Below, piece by piece: positions 37,177 through 49,929 of a DNA stretch of 64,000 bases. The notes beneath the pieces are model-generated. The model ran no database searches. It worked only from the letters and a program-made list of their open reading frames with translations, and had not been told where the DNA came from. Positions within the stretch are counted from its first letter, which is position 1. Each line of letters starts with the position of its first letter. The DNA comes from Octopus sinensis (lineage: Eukaryota), in the NCBI RefSeq assembly GCF_006345805.1, contig NC_043010.1, forward strand, positions 18,414,001-18,478,000. The letters are read 5' to 3'. A program made the translations under genes and the position numbers.

Positions 37177-37376
37177 TATCTTTTGTCTCGGGTTCGACTC
37201 GAGCTCTTCTTTTTAGCAGTTCAATATATTTCGTAAGAAAGAACAATATTATATATATATATAATATAATATATATATATATATTATATATAGATTCAAT
37301 ACTTACAATGTTTAATAAAATGATGTAGCGTGAAACGATCGTACCAAACTACCGAAGATATTCTTATTGCTTACTT

Positions 37377-37425
<49 letters not shown>

Positions 37426-37480
37426 TATATATATATTATATAATATATATTATATATATATAATATATATATATATATAT

Positions 37481-37780
37481 CAGGTCGTCCCAAGGTTCTG
37501 TCCGAATTTTGAATAAAGAAAACAAGTGATCAAATGTTATATTTGATTGAAATTTAATAATCAATGTACTTTCCTTGATTATCTATGACTTCCTTCCATC
37601 TATTTACAAGCTTTTTAATCCCATCAATGTAAAACTCTTTTGGTTTCAAAGCGAAGAATTCTGAAATGTCAGTATCGACCTCCTTCTGGCTTGCGAAGTT
37701 ATGTCCCCCAAATGATTCTGTAAACTACGAAACAAATGGTAGTCTGAAGGAGCAAGGTCTGGAGAATAAGGTGGATGAGG
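37481..37780 (-). pseudogene. Mariner (DD34D) transposase C-terminus plus TIR
   Basis: PHPPYSPDLAPSDYHLFRSLQNHLGGHNFASQKEVDTDISEFFALKPKEFYIDGIKKLVNRWKEVIDNQGKYIDY* (37780-37554); terminus CAGGTCGTCCCAAGG at (TA)n. Confidence 0.9.
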
Positions 37781-37790
37781 AATTACCAAA

Positions 37791-37970
37791 CCGCTAAGTT
37801 ACATGAATGTAAACACAGCAACATCAGTTGCCAATGGTGGGGGGTACAAACACAAGACACACGCACACACATACACAAATATACACATATATACGTATAT
37901 ACGACAGTCTTCTTTCAGTTTCCGAGTACGAAATCCACTCACAAGGTTTTGGTCGGCCTGAGACTATAAT
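37791..37970 (-). mobile_element. SINE family B internal fragment
   Basis: Reverse complement of GGCCGACCAAAACCTTGTGAGTGGATTT..GGAAACTGAAAGAAG. Confidence 0.75.
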
Positions 37971-38026
37971 AAGCATATATATATATATTATATATATAGT
38001 ATATATATATATATATATATATATAT

Positions 38027-38433
38027 GCTTTCGGTGCGAATGGCTTTATTATACGGTGTCACATTTTACAATCCTGTAAATAATAACGGTATTTTATATA
38101 AGTTTAAAGCTTATGCCGTTCACCATGCAATGACTAAGGAAAATAGTCTAATATTGGGGCATATAAACCCTCGACAGAAAAAAAAGGATTTCCCATCTGC
38201 GTAGGACGCGAACCCACATCCCTTTGTTAACATGACTGTTACCTTCACACGCGGATAGGAAAGCCTTATTTTTTCTGTTGAGGGCTTAAATGCCTCGTTA
38301 TTAGACTATATTTCCTTAGTCATTGCATGATGAACGTCATAAACTTGAGGCTTATATAAAAATACCATTATTATTATTATTTACAGGATTGTAAAATTCG
38401 GCGTCGTATAACAAAACTATTTGCACTGAAAGC
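38027..38433. repeat. Fold-back element in (TA)n with tRNA-like loop
   Basis: ~160-bp imperfect arms; loop has B-box GGTTCGCGTCC (minus, 38204-38214), T-stem GTGGG/CCTAC and stem TAACA/TGTTA. Confidence 0.8.
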
Positions 38434-38455
38434 ATATATATATATATATATATAT

Positions 38456-39335
38456 ACCAGGTGACATGCCCGGTAATTCCCGGGAAAGCGGGCTTATCCC
38501 TTGGTTCCATTTTCGTAATTGTCTCGCTAATCCAGTAGCAACAATACAAAGTACGTAACCCTTAAAACTGTTTTTGTGTATTTATTGAGAAAACCGAACT
38601 GTGTTACAAAGGATCTTGTTTTTAGGAATTCCCAATAAGTTATGAATACCCAAATTGTGAAGTCAGCTATGTAATAACATGAAATTAATTACCATATAGT
38701 AAGAATTCAAATAAAGTAACCCTGAAAAGGGCTTTAATACGTTCTCAGAGTATAGAGATCTTAGGAGGAAATACGAATTAGGTATGTATGCTAAAATTAT
38801 GAAAGATGTTACATAATAACAGGCTAATCAGATATGAGATAATAACAATTCAAAGTAATTAAGTGTGAAAAAATGCTTTTGTACGTTCCCAGAGAATATT
38901 ACCCTCAGCAGCGTTAGTGTTGGTATATTCGTGAATAAGTCACTAACCGAAGTAAGTGGATCTATTGTTTAGGAGAATACTATTAACTTGTTTAAGCCTT
39001 GTACTAGATAAATTGAGAAAATAACTAAAATAATTCAAATACTAAGAAATTAGTATACTCAATTTCCTTTTTACCAAATAATTTACAAAGGAGGGAATAG
39101 GTTATTTCCCTTGGAAGCTTAAAAATAATTACGCCCGCCGCTCAACCGCGCCCAAATGTATTCCTCCCACCGTTTACCCGAACATTTTTTCAAAATCAAT
39201 TTATACTTAAAACCTCCCCAGACATATAAGCAATGTACGTGTGAAGTTTAAGAAAAATCGGTCGAGTCATTTTGGAGCAAAATGGGGACATACCGATACA
39301 CACACACAGATATTTTCAGTTTTAATATGTAAGAC
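38456..39335 (+). mobile_element. Lep1/HINE-like rolling-circle element
   Basis: 5' hairpin CCCGG-TAATTC-CCGGG; 3' GAAGTTTAAGAAAAATCGGTCGAGTCATTTTGGAG..(AC)n..TTTTCAGTTTTAATATGTAAGAC, an architecture I recognise from Lep1-type elements. Confidence 0.6.
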
Positions 39336-40059
39336 ATGATCAAAGGCGCTCCAACTATGGCTAGCCTTTATTCATTTGATTATGTAATCTTTAAGCTGAT
39401 ACATGTTAATTTGAGGGAGATTTGGCTGCAATTTCTAGTAACAAGAGCGACTACATGGTCCTGGTTCGTATATGTATGCGTATGTGTATGTCTGTCGTGT
39501 CTGTGTGTGTATGTATGTGTGGTTGTCTGTCTATGAAATATACGTTAATATGAATATATGTAGGTAGGTATGTATGAATGTGTGTTGTTTCTGCGTTACT
39601 ACGTGTGCGTGTGTTTCAGTAATTATTTATGTGGATGTATATTTGTACGTTTTACTATGGATATTCTATGTGTGTGCGGGTGTAGCCATATGTGTGCATC
39701 TATGTATGTGTGTATCTGTGTGTGTGGGCCTCTATGTGTATGTATCTCTATGTATATATGTGTGTGTGTATCAAACCAGAAGAACCCATTTAAACCCTCA
39801 CATGATCACAATCTTTCAATCTACATCAAACCGGAAATTGCATGTCACGTGTCATCACCAATGTGCATCTGTTGAAATTGCCTTAGAAAAGTGCTAGCAC
39901 CAGCCACTAGCTTCTCTCTCTCTCTCTCTCTTCCCCCATCTTTCTCTCTCTCCTCTGTCTCTCGTTCGCTATTTAGCTACCTGTGTTTCTATCCATCTAC
40001 CTGTCATTCTATCTATCTATTCCTCTATCTATCTATCCCTCTATCTATCTATCTATCCC

Positions 40060-40121
<62 letters not shown>

Positions 40122-40302
40122 CCTCTATCTATCTATCTGTCTATCCGTCTGTCTATCTGTCTGTGTATTTGTATTTTTTCTTACCCAGCTGTTTAATCCA
40201 GCTACTTTTCTGTCTAACTCCTGACCGAAGTTATTTTTTTCCGTGGCTCTATCTATATACTGTATATAATCTCTCAATTTCCCCTCCCCCACATCTTTTA
40301 AT

Positions 40303-40707
40303 GGATCTTTTCGGTTTGAACGGCAGTTTTTAACATAATTTCTAGGTAACTAAAAAATTTAAAACTTCGTAGAATGTGTTTATGAAACATCTTTTTCTCT
40401 TGGATTTATTGAGAAAATTCTATAGTTTGTAAGATATTTGCTGGTTTTTTTTTCTTCAATTTCTGCAATTTCAACCAATCAATGATGTCCATTGAGATAA
40501 AAAAAATATTCTGTGCCGTATGAATATGTCCCTAGTTCAAGAAACAGATTGGGTTTATTTACATTTGTGAAGAAAAAAATACCCTTCCCCCCATCCCTAA
40601 CCCTAAAACAGATTGAAATGCAATAGATCGATACTAGGGTCATAATTATGGGTGACAATTTCATAAGACACCGCTAGAAAAAACTGCCGTTCAAATCGAA
40701 AAGATCC
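40303..40707. mobile_element. MITE with 29-bp TIRs (possibly Kolobok-like)
   Basis: GGATCTTTTCG(G/A)TTTGAACGGCAGTTTTT at both ends (28/29 match); left flank TTAAT, right flank CTTTT. Confidence 0.75.
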
Positions 40708-41035
40708 CTTTTTATCCTTCCCCTCTTCTTTCTCTGATTCTTGTTTTATTCACAAAAATACGTGTGTGCGTGTATATGTGCGTGCGTGTGTGTGTGTGTT
40801 TTCACAAAACATGTGGATGCCATGACTACGGCATTTGCATCACCAACTTTATGCATTCAGCGATTCTAAAACTTTTAAAGTTGCTAAAACTCGAGGACTA
40901 CCCAGCCGATTTCAATCAAATTTTACACATATCTTACTTAGGGTCCATGCAGTGTCATGGGCCCAGAGATTTTCAACTTCTTGCCTAATGCGAGCCCGGA
41001 ACAATCTCTTATCTCTTATATTATTTCAGTATTAC

Positions 41036-41135
41036 NNNNNNNNNNNNNNNNNNNNNNNNNNNNNNNNNNNNNNNNNNNNNNNNNNNNNNNNNNNNNNNNN
41101 NNNNNNNNNNNNNNNNNNNNNNNNNNNNNNNNNNN
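41036..41135. other. Assembly gap (100 N)
   Basis: Run of n. Confidence 1.
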
Positions 41136-41595
41136 CTGGAAAGACGGGAGAGGTATGCAGTAATATATTCTGGAAAATCCTGGAAGGAATTGAGCCAAAT
41201 TTTGGCATTGAAAGCTACACCAATGCTAGAACGGGACGACACGCATAGTGCCAAGATCCCAGCAATGCCATCACGCTCAGGAGACCAGCTACTGCAACAG
41301 CCTGGGTTCAAGGGCCCACAGCTTTTTAAATTCTCCCAAAGTGTCTGAGGAACTTGCACAAAGTAGATGTAGCGGCTTTTAAATCAAAGCTGGACATCTT
41401 CCTGTCGAGAGTCCTAGATGAACCTACCTCATGGCAAGAGGTGCAAATGAGGGTAGCTATATCAAACTCCATTCTTCACCAAGTGCCACAAATTAGAAGA
41501 GGCTCTTAGTTATAACACTGTAGCACAAAATGGCGGTGCATCAGCATGGCCGCAGCTCTGAGCTGAAACAAGAAAAGCGAAAAACGAAAAACGAA
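41136..41595 (+). mobile_element. CR1-like LINE 3' fragment, copy 1
   Basis: LERRERYAVIY.WKILEG..YCNSLGFKGPQLF..LPK.LRNLH..FKSKLDIFL..DEP; 3' end GGCGGTGCATCAGCATGGCCGCAGCTCTGAGCTGAAAC. Confidence 0.85.
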
Positions 41596-41724
41596 TATAT
41601 ATATATATACATATATATACATATACATATGTATACATATATATATACATATATATACATATACATATATATATATACATATACGCACATGTATACATAT
41701 ATATGAGCCACCTCCAAGGAAACA

Positions 41725-42715
41725 CAAATAACAAGTGGTGTTCCATAGGTCACTGTCTTGGGGCCACTGCTGTACATAGTGGCCCTTTCAGACATGCCCT
41801 CAGTTGCTAATATGGCCACCCTTGCTGGCTATGCAGATAACCCTGGAAATATTGCACATCTGCAACGGGAGTTGGATACAATATGCAGGTGGGCTGAGGA
41901 CAACAACATGCAGTTTAATGCAGGGAAGTTCCAAGCCCTGTGCTACCGGCCCACAAAGCTGAACGAAATGTAGACCGGATACACTGGCCCGGGAAGAATT
42001 GCAATTCCTGAGTCAAAATCAGTGCGTGACCTGGGCATTGACATGAGCAATGATGCATCTTTCCAAGTGCATATTGCCATTTTGGTAATAAAATGCAGAC
42101 GGTTAGCTGGATGGATCCTCCGAACTTTCAGAACAAGAGAGAAGGAGACATTCGTCCTCAGCCGATATAAAGTTAACAGCAGAACTCGAAGCAATCCAAT
42201 GAAGCTACACTAAGAAGATCGTCTCAATGCAACATATCATCTACAGGGAAAGACTGAAAGTATTAAAACTCTTCTCCCTGGAGCGAAGGCGGGAGAGATA
42301 CGCAGTAATATACATCTGGAAAATCCTGTAGGGCCTTGTCCCAAATTTTGGCATTGAAAGTTACTCCAACAGCAGAACGGGGCGCCACTGCTTGGTGCCA
42401 AACATCCCAACATCACCATCAAAATACAGGAATATATACTGCAACAGCTTGGGTTTCAGGGGATTACAGCTCTTCAATATCCTTCCTAAAGACTTGCATG
42501 GTGTGGATGTGGGTTTCTTTAAAACTAAACCCGATCTCTTCTTGTCAGGGGTTCCAGATGAACCTACCTCTCGCCAGGAAACACACATGCGGGCAGCAGC
42601 GTCGAACTCCCTTGTTGACCAAATGCCACGTATCAGAGGGGGTTTCACATACTAGTGTAGCACATTCAATGATGGTGCCCCAGCATGGCCGCAACTTTCG
42701 TGCTGAAACATTTTA
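41725..42715 (+). mobile_element. CR1-like LINE RT/3' fragment with deletions, copy 2
   Basis: [47 protein letters not shown]; same 3' end. Confidence 0.85.
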
Positions 42716-43614
42716 AAGGATTTATACATACATATATATATATACATACATACATACATATATACACATACACATACATACATATACATAAACACATATA
42801 TACATATATACGCATACATACACATGTATACATACATATACACATATATATATATACATACATACACATATATATATACACACACACGCATACGCACATA
42901 CACACACATACACATACACACATGCACATACACACACACATACACATAAACACGTATATATATATATAAATATATATATACACACATATATACACATATA
43001 CATATACACATACACATATATATACATACATATACATAAATATATATATACATACATATATATACATATACATATACATACATATACATATCAGTACATA
43101 TATATAATATACATTATATATATATATAGATAGATACATACACACATGTATATAAACATATATACACACACACGCGCCCGCATACACACACATGTATATA
43201 CATACAGATATTTACAAATATATCCGATTGTGTTTTTAAAATGTGTCTATATGCATAAGTGTGTATATTTGTGAGCGTGCATGTGTGCATGTGTATATAT
43301 GCACGTAGTTTGTGAATAAAGTACCTGCTTTTTCTTCATTTTGGGAAAATATTTTTGTTATTCTTTTTGTTGAGTTTTTCAATTGTTTCTACGCTGTTGT
43401 TGTTGCAGTTATTATTGTTGTTGTTGTTGTTGTTGTGAATGTGTGAAAAGATTTGCAGGTGTGGCGACCGTTGTGCGCCGGAGGGCATATCAGAAATATA
43501 TTAGTGGGAACAAACCTCTGATGATGACGGAAACTGATGAAACCAGACGACAGGTCAACTTCCTGTTACAATAAATACAGATACTCTATTGGCTGCGACG
43601 ACGACGACGATGAA

Positions 43615-43760
43615 GGCGAAGAAGAAGAAGACGGCGAAGAAGAAGAAGAAGAAGAAGAAGAAGAAGAAGAAGAAAAGAAGAAGAAGAAGAAGAAGAGAAG
43701 AAGAAGAAGAAGAAGAAAAGAAGAAGAAGAAGAAGAAGAAGAGAGGAAGAAGAAGAAGAA
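43615..43760. repeat. (GAA)n microsatellite
   Basis: Direct reading of the sequence. Confidence 0.95.
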
Positions 43761-44278
43761 GCTACAATATTAAAATGGTTTGTGATAGTCAGATATGGAG
43801 AGGACGACAAAGGAAACAACAACAGCGACAACAGCAATTGGAATAACAACAGGATTGGGATAAAGACAATATAAAACAAATATAAAAGACCATCTCAATA
43901 ATATTGCAGAAACAAAGTGTAGGGGTGGGTGAGAGAGGATCCAATGAGAGAGAGAGAGGGAGAGAGAGAGTAAAGTTGTGCTGGTTGGTCAGGTGTATGT
44001 AATAATGGAGACATTTAATCTAAGACTTGCAACGGATGTTGACCCGCGAACAATGTTGTATTATTGAAACACGTGTAAGTAGACAAACAAACAAATAAAC
44101 ACACAGACAAAGCTTTTGCAGTGTCTATCAAACAAGAATCAATTATAAAGAGAGCTTTAGACTGCAGGTTAAAACAACAACAATAACAACAATACCGCCC
44201 CGAAACAAACAAAACAAACAATATAGGATATCAAAGTTGGTTGATCGTAAAAAATAGCATTTTAACTCCGCCTTCATA

Positions 44279-44284
<6 letters not shown>

Positions 44285-44330
<46 letters not shown>

Positions 44331-44482
44331 TGATAATAATAATAATAATAACAATAATAATAACAATGATAATAATAACAATAATAATAACAATGATGAT
44401 AATAATAATAATAATAATAATAACAATGATAATAACAATAATAATAATAATAACAATAATAATAATAATAATAATAATAATA
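44285..44482. repeat. (AAT/AAC/GAT)n microsatellite
   Basis: Direct reading of the sequence. Confidence 0.95.
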
Positions 44483-44588
44483 GGGAGTATAGCACCAAAC
44501 TTACGGGGAAAAGTTCAATTTAGTATTAAATCAAATTTCACAATATAATATATAAAATATAATTAGGGATAAAACACTATTGTATATA

Positions 44589-44621
<33 letters not shown>

Positions 44622-44654
44622 TATATATATGATTGATTGATTGATTGATTGATT

Positions 44655-47512
44655 TTCTAGTTTCAGCTAATGAGCTGTGGCCATGCTGGGGCACCGCCAT
44701 TTGGTGTTGCTACTTGGTTTCACTTCATGGAGGCTTTCTAGCAACTGCTATTTGGTGCATGAGAGAGTTCGATGCAGCTGCCCTCATCTGCCCCTCCTGC
44801 CGTGGAAGTTGGTTCATCTGGGACACCTGACAGGAAGAGATCCAGCTTCATTTTAAGACATCTGTATCCACCCCATGCAGGTCTCTCTCAGGTTTCTTCG
44901 GGAGGATATTGAAGAGCTGTGGCCTCGGAAGCCCAGGCTATCCACAGAATCTTGTCCTACATCTTGAGGGCAGGTTTGGAGTCCTAGGCACCACGCAGTG
45001 GCGCCCAGTTCTGGCATTTGCGTAACTCTCGATGCCAAAGTTCAGACACTTCCTCCAGGATCTTCCAGATGTATATTATGGCATATCTTTCCCTCCTACG
45101 CTCCAGGGAATATAATTTTAATCTCTTGAGTCTTTCCCAGTAGCTTACATTCTGCATAGAGGCTATCTTCTTTGTGTATCTAGCTCGTTGGATCGCCTCA
45201 GTTCTGTGATCAACAACTTGACACTGGATGGTGACCATAGCTGAGAGCAATAGTCAAGTGGCTCAGGACAATTGTCTTCCAGAGGACCATCATGGTTTCT
45301 TGTTCTCTTGTTCTAAAGGTTCTAAGAATCCATCCAGCCAGCCGTCTACATTTCATTGTCAGTTTAGCAAACATGTACATGAAAGGTCGCGTCATCACTC
45401 ATGTGAATACCCAGGTCACGCACTGATTGTGCCTCTGGGATTGCAATCCCTCCGGTCCAGTGTATTCATTGGGTATTGCATTCATTTTTTGCATCTGATA
45501 GTATAAAGCTTGAAACTTTCCAGCATTGAACTGCATGCTATTGTTTTTAGCCACTTGTATATTTCGTCCAGCTCACATTGCAGGTGCTTAGTGTCCTCAG
45601 GGTTCTGTATTGCCTGTGAACTTTGTATCGTCTGCATAACTTGTGATCGTGGCTCTCTGCGTGGCTGAGGGCATGTCTGAGAGGGCCATTATGAACAGTA
45701 GTGGTCCCAGAACAGTGCCCTGCGGAACACCGCTCACTATTTGTGTGTTAATGGAGGTGGCCCCATTGGCTACTACCCACTGACTTCTATCCTTCAGAAA
45801 GTCATGAAGCCATTCTCCCAGTTTTCCAACTATGTTGAGATCACGCAGTTTGTGACATATCATTCCATGATCGACTTTATCAAAGGCCTTTGCAAAGTCG
45901 AGATATATCACTTCCACATTTGAGTGGTTGAGCAGCCGTTTCAGCACCCAGTCATAGTGTTGTAGGAGCTGATTTAAACAGCTTCTCCCTGGTCGGAAAC
46001 CATGTTGGGTGTCGGGCAGCAAGTCATCCTTCAAGGAAGGTGATCAGCTTCCTTCTGACTATTCGTTCCATGACCTTGCTGATGTGTGAGGTCAGAGAGA
46101 TAGGTCTATAGTTCTTGGCTTCCGCTCTGCTACCTCCTTTATGAATGGGGCATATTTTACCTTCCTTCAGTTTTCCTGGAAGTTTGCCAGCTGCAAGGAA
46201 GCTCTGAAAGAGGAACTGCAGTGGTCTTGCTAGGACTCTCTTACATGCTTTTAGGAGGATTGCCGGGAATCCATCGGGGCCAGTAGCTGAGTCTGTTTTT
46301 CATTTCATCTATAGCCTTGGTTACAACATCGTCTTCCTTTATATCGATGTAATCTATCGTCGCCGCCTCTGATTTTATATCTGCAGTGGTAAAAAAGTCA
46401 GTTGGATTGGTGATTTGGAGATGCCCAAGGGGTGGAGTGAAAACACTCTTGAATTGCTCATTCAGTATTTCACTTACCCTCATTGGTTTTCCTGTAAGAG
46501 TGCCATCCTTTTCGAGGAGTGGCCCTATTCTACAGTGCACTGTAGCTGTTTCTTTGGCATACCTGTAGAAAGCTCTGGGGTTAGATTTTATGTTTTCTAT
46601 AGCCCAGGCTTCTTTGTCTGCTCTTTCTTTTTCATGGGAGAGTTGCAGACATTTTCGATTTCCAACAGTTTTTTATTTTAGGCGGGACTTTTCACTGCTT
46701 TCAATCTGTTTGTTTAGGCGATTTGAAAATTTCGTGCGCCGTCTCATTAAAATTTTCCTCTCTCTGGGGATTTTGTTCTTGTGTACAGTGGCCTTTCTCT
46801 CTGGGACACATTTGTAGCATATGGCTTGCATTACAGACATGAATTGTTGAAGTTTCACGTCGATGTCTGGCGAGGAGAGACATTTAGGCCAGTTTTTTTG
46901 AGGATCTCTTTCTCATTTGTTTCCAGTTTGCCTTATGGTAGTTCAAGCTGGAAAGATTTTGAGGGTTTCTTGTAGGCTGCATGTCCGTGCTCTCTTTTGG
47001 CCCGTACATGGTCAGCTCTATCATGTTGTGATCCGAGAGTAGTGTCGGTGTCACTTTCACATTATGGATGAGATCCATGTCATTTGTGAAGCAGAGATCC
47101 AGTGTGTTACCTGCCCTGGTTGGTTGGAGTATTACCTGCTCCATGTACAGGGTGTTGATGAGGTTCAGGAGGGACCTCGCCTGTCCTCGTTCACATCTTG
47201 TCATTCCTGGGAGAGAAAGGCCCTCGGGCCATCTGACATTGGGCAGATTGAAGTCTCCCATAAGAAGCACACCTATGTTTGTTCTAATGTGGTTAGAATT
47301 TCTTCTATTTTATAAGGCAGTCTTCAACTGCCCACATGGCTTGGGGCATCTGGAGGGCGATATGTAGCACACACAACTACATCAAGTTGCCTAATATGTA
47401 CAATTAGTGTGTCACACACCGAGTTTGAGTATGACAAGAGGACCTGGGGTGTGAGGTCCTCACGGATGTACATAGCAACACCTCCATGACTCATTTCTTT
47501 CCTGTCGGTCCT
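44655..47512 (-). mobile_element. CR1-like LINE, 5'-truncated, frameshifted APE-RT ORF, copy 3
   Basis: APE: GGVAMYIR..YRPP, MGDFNLP..PTRAGNTLDLCFTN..SDH. RT: QHGFRPGRSC..YLDFAKAFDKVDH..SGVPQGTVLGPLLF..YADDTK; SYWERLKRLKLYSLERRRERY. Tail (AATC)n. Confidence 0.92.
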
Positions 47513-47948
47513 AATATGAATTAGAGATAAAACCACTATTATGCAACTCAAACAGAGATAGATATAAACCAATACAAAAATAACAAATAATATATATATA
47601 ATTAATATAATATATAAAATATATATATTTTTTTTGGTATAAAAAGAATTATAAATATAATATAATAAGTAACTATAAATATAATACAATAAGTAATATA
47701 TACTTATTATATTATATACTTATATAATATATACTAAATAATATAATAAATATATATAAATATATATTATATAATATATACTTATATTATATTTATAATT
47801 CTTTTTATGCTTAAAAAAACAAATGAATAAATGTAAAATATATATATATATTATATTAATTATATATATATTATTTGTTATTTAAGTATTGGTTTATGTC
47901 TATCACTGTTTGAGTTGCACAATAGTGACTTTATCTCTAATTCATATT
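47513..47948. repeat. AT-rich fold-back element, termini related to the 36484 element
   Basis: AATATGAATTAGAGATAAAACCACTATTATGCAACTCAAACAG.. is mirrored (imperfectly) at 47948. Confidence 0.9.
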
Positions 47949-47959
47949 TTATTATATTT

Positions 47960-48540
47960 TATATATACATACATACATACAAAGTATGTGTATGTATATA
48001 TATATATATATATAGACATACATACATAAAAATTATGTGTATATATATTATATACATACATACATAAAAATATGTGTATATATATATATACATACATACA
48101 TACAAATATTAGAGTATATATATATATATTACTACCTACATACAAATTATGTATATATATATATATATATATATATACATACATACATACAAATTATGTA
48201 TATATATATATACATACATACACAATTATGTATATATAATATACTACATACATACAAATTATGTATATATATATATATTATATATATACATACATACATA
48301 CAAATTATGTATATATATATAATATATATATATATATTACATACATACATACATACAAAGTATGTATATATATATTATATATATATATATATATAACAAT
48401 ACATACATACATACAAGTATGTATATATATATATATATAAGATATATATATATTATAATATACAATACATACATACATACAAAGTATGTGTATATATATA
48501 TATATACAATACATACATATACAAGTATGTGTGTATATAT

Positions 48541-48584
<44 letters not shown>
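47960..48584. repeat. (TA/TACA)n compound microsatellite with ACAAATTATG spacers
   Basis: Direct reading of the sequence. Confidence 0.9.
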
Positions 48585-48587
<3 letters not shown>

Positions 48588-49074
48588 TAAGCAATAAGGG
48601 TTTAGCACGAATTGCCTTACCACATACCGAATTTAGAAATAGCAGTCAAAGAGTTATAGCTATTTCTTCTACTAAAAAGGGAGATCTCAGTAAAACAGCA
48701 ATTGGAAGGCAAACAAACAGGTAGAGAGAATGAATTGACGGCAATCTATCATACAATTTTAAGTTATCTACGGACGCATGTTTCGAAATCAAGTTTTTAG
48801 GAAACAAGAAGTTTGGGTAAGGTAGAATTATTTAATATTTAATTCTTATGCTTTCCTAAAAACTTGATTTCGAAACGTGCGTCCGTAGATAACTTAAAAT
48901 TGTATGATAGATTGCCGTCAATTCATTCTCTCTTACCTGTTTGTTCTGCCTTCCAATTGCTGTTTTTACTGAGATCTCCCTTTTTAGTAGAAGAAATAGC
49001 TATAACTCTTTGACTGCTATTTCTAAATCGGTATGTGGTAAGGCAATTCGTTGCTAAACCCTTATTGCTTAGTA
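48585..49074. repeat. Near-perfect fold-back, ~220-bp arms, ~47-bp loop
   Basis: 48585-48804 vs 48852-49074 differ by a few 1-nt indels and a substitution; solo-arm homologue at 53156-53270. Confidence 0.95.
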
Positions 49075-49276
49075 TTACTTAAATTTTCCTCGAATGAGGC
49101 TTTACATGCCGAAGACTACTTGGTGTAATTGATAATTATTCCAAATTAATTAATTTCACCCTTCATTATTACGGATAACTATATATATATATATCTATAT
49201 ATGATATATATAATATATTATATATATATGATATATATATATATATAATATATATATATATATTAGTATATATAAT

Positions 49277-49315
<39 letters not shown>

Positions 49316-49316
<1 letters not shown>

Positions 49317-49547
49317 GGCGGCGAGCTGGCAGAAACGTTAGCACGCCGGGCGAAATGCGTAGCCGTATTTCGTCTGCCGTTACGTTGTGAGTTCAAATTC
49401 CACAGAGGTCGACTTTGCCTTTCATCCTTTCGGGATCGATAAATTAAGTACCAGTTACGCACTGGGGTCGATGTAATCGACTTAATCCGTTTATCTGTCC
49501 TTGTTTGTCCTCTCTGTGTTTGGCCCCTTGTGGGCAGTAAAGAAAAA
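49316..49547 (+). mobile_element. SINE family A full length
   Basis: Head, B-box, central domain and tail all present. Confidence 0.9.
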
Positions 49548-49585
49548 TATATATATACACACAGACACACACATGTATGTTTGTA

Positions 49586-49925
49586 TTTATTTATTTATTT
49601 ATTTAAGCATTTGGTATATGTAATGTGTGTGTTGTCTTCCTCATTTTAATTTCGAATAAATTTCCACTACCCACCTACTTTGGTAACAATGTTGCGAAGG
49701 AAAGTATCTGGTTTTAACCATCATTCTTTAATTCTTTAGGTCTCACAGATTTTTATAACCTCAGATATCGTGAACATTTCTTGTGTATGAATTAAGGATT
49801 TGCGTTCTCTCCCCCAAAACCCAATTTCAGCCATACTTTGCTCCAGATGGGTCGGTACGTATCCTGTTGCACCAATAATAATAGGAATGAAGCTGAAAGA
49901 GTGTCTTGGGTACAGGATCTGCAAA
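49586..49925 (-). pseudogene. R4/Dong-like C-terminus and 3' UTR ending in (TAAA)n
   Basis: RSLQILYPRHSFSFIPIIIGATGYVPTHL.. Confidence 0.5.
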
Positions 49926-49929
49926 CTCC

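Noticed and set aside
40591-40603. CCCTAACCCTAA telomere-like repeat
   Set aside because: Only two units, inside a MITE; not an interstitial telomeric array.
41136-42715. Tandem CR1 3' copies after the gap as an assembly duplication
   Set aside because: The two copies differ at many positions and have different deletions, so they are independent insertions.
49086-49116. CGAATGA-GGC-TTTACAT-GCC-GAAG and 62965-63000 (CTGAAGA..GAGACGCGTA, minus) as HHRs
   Set aside because: Core positions are mutated and the stems are too short to distinguish from chance; at most decayed remnants.
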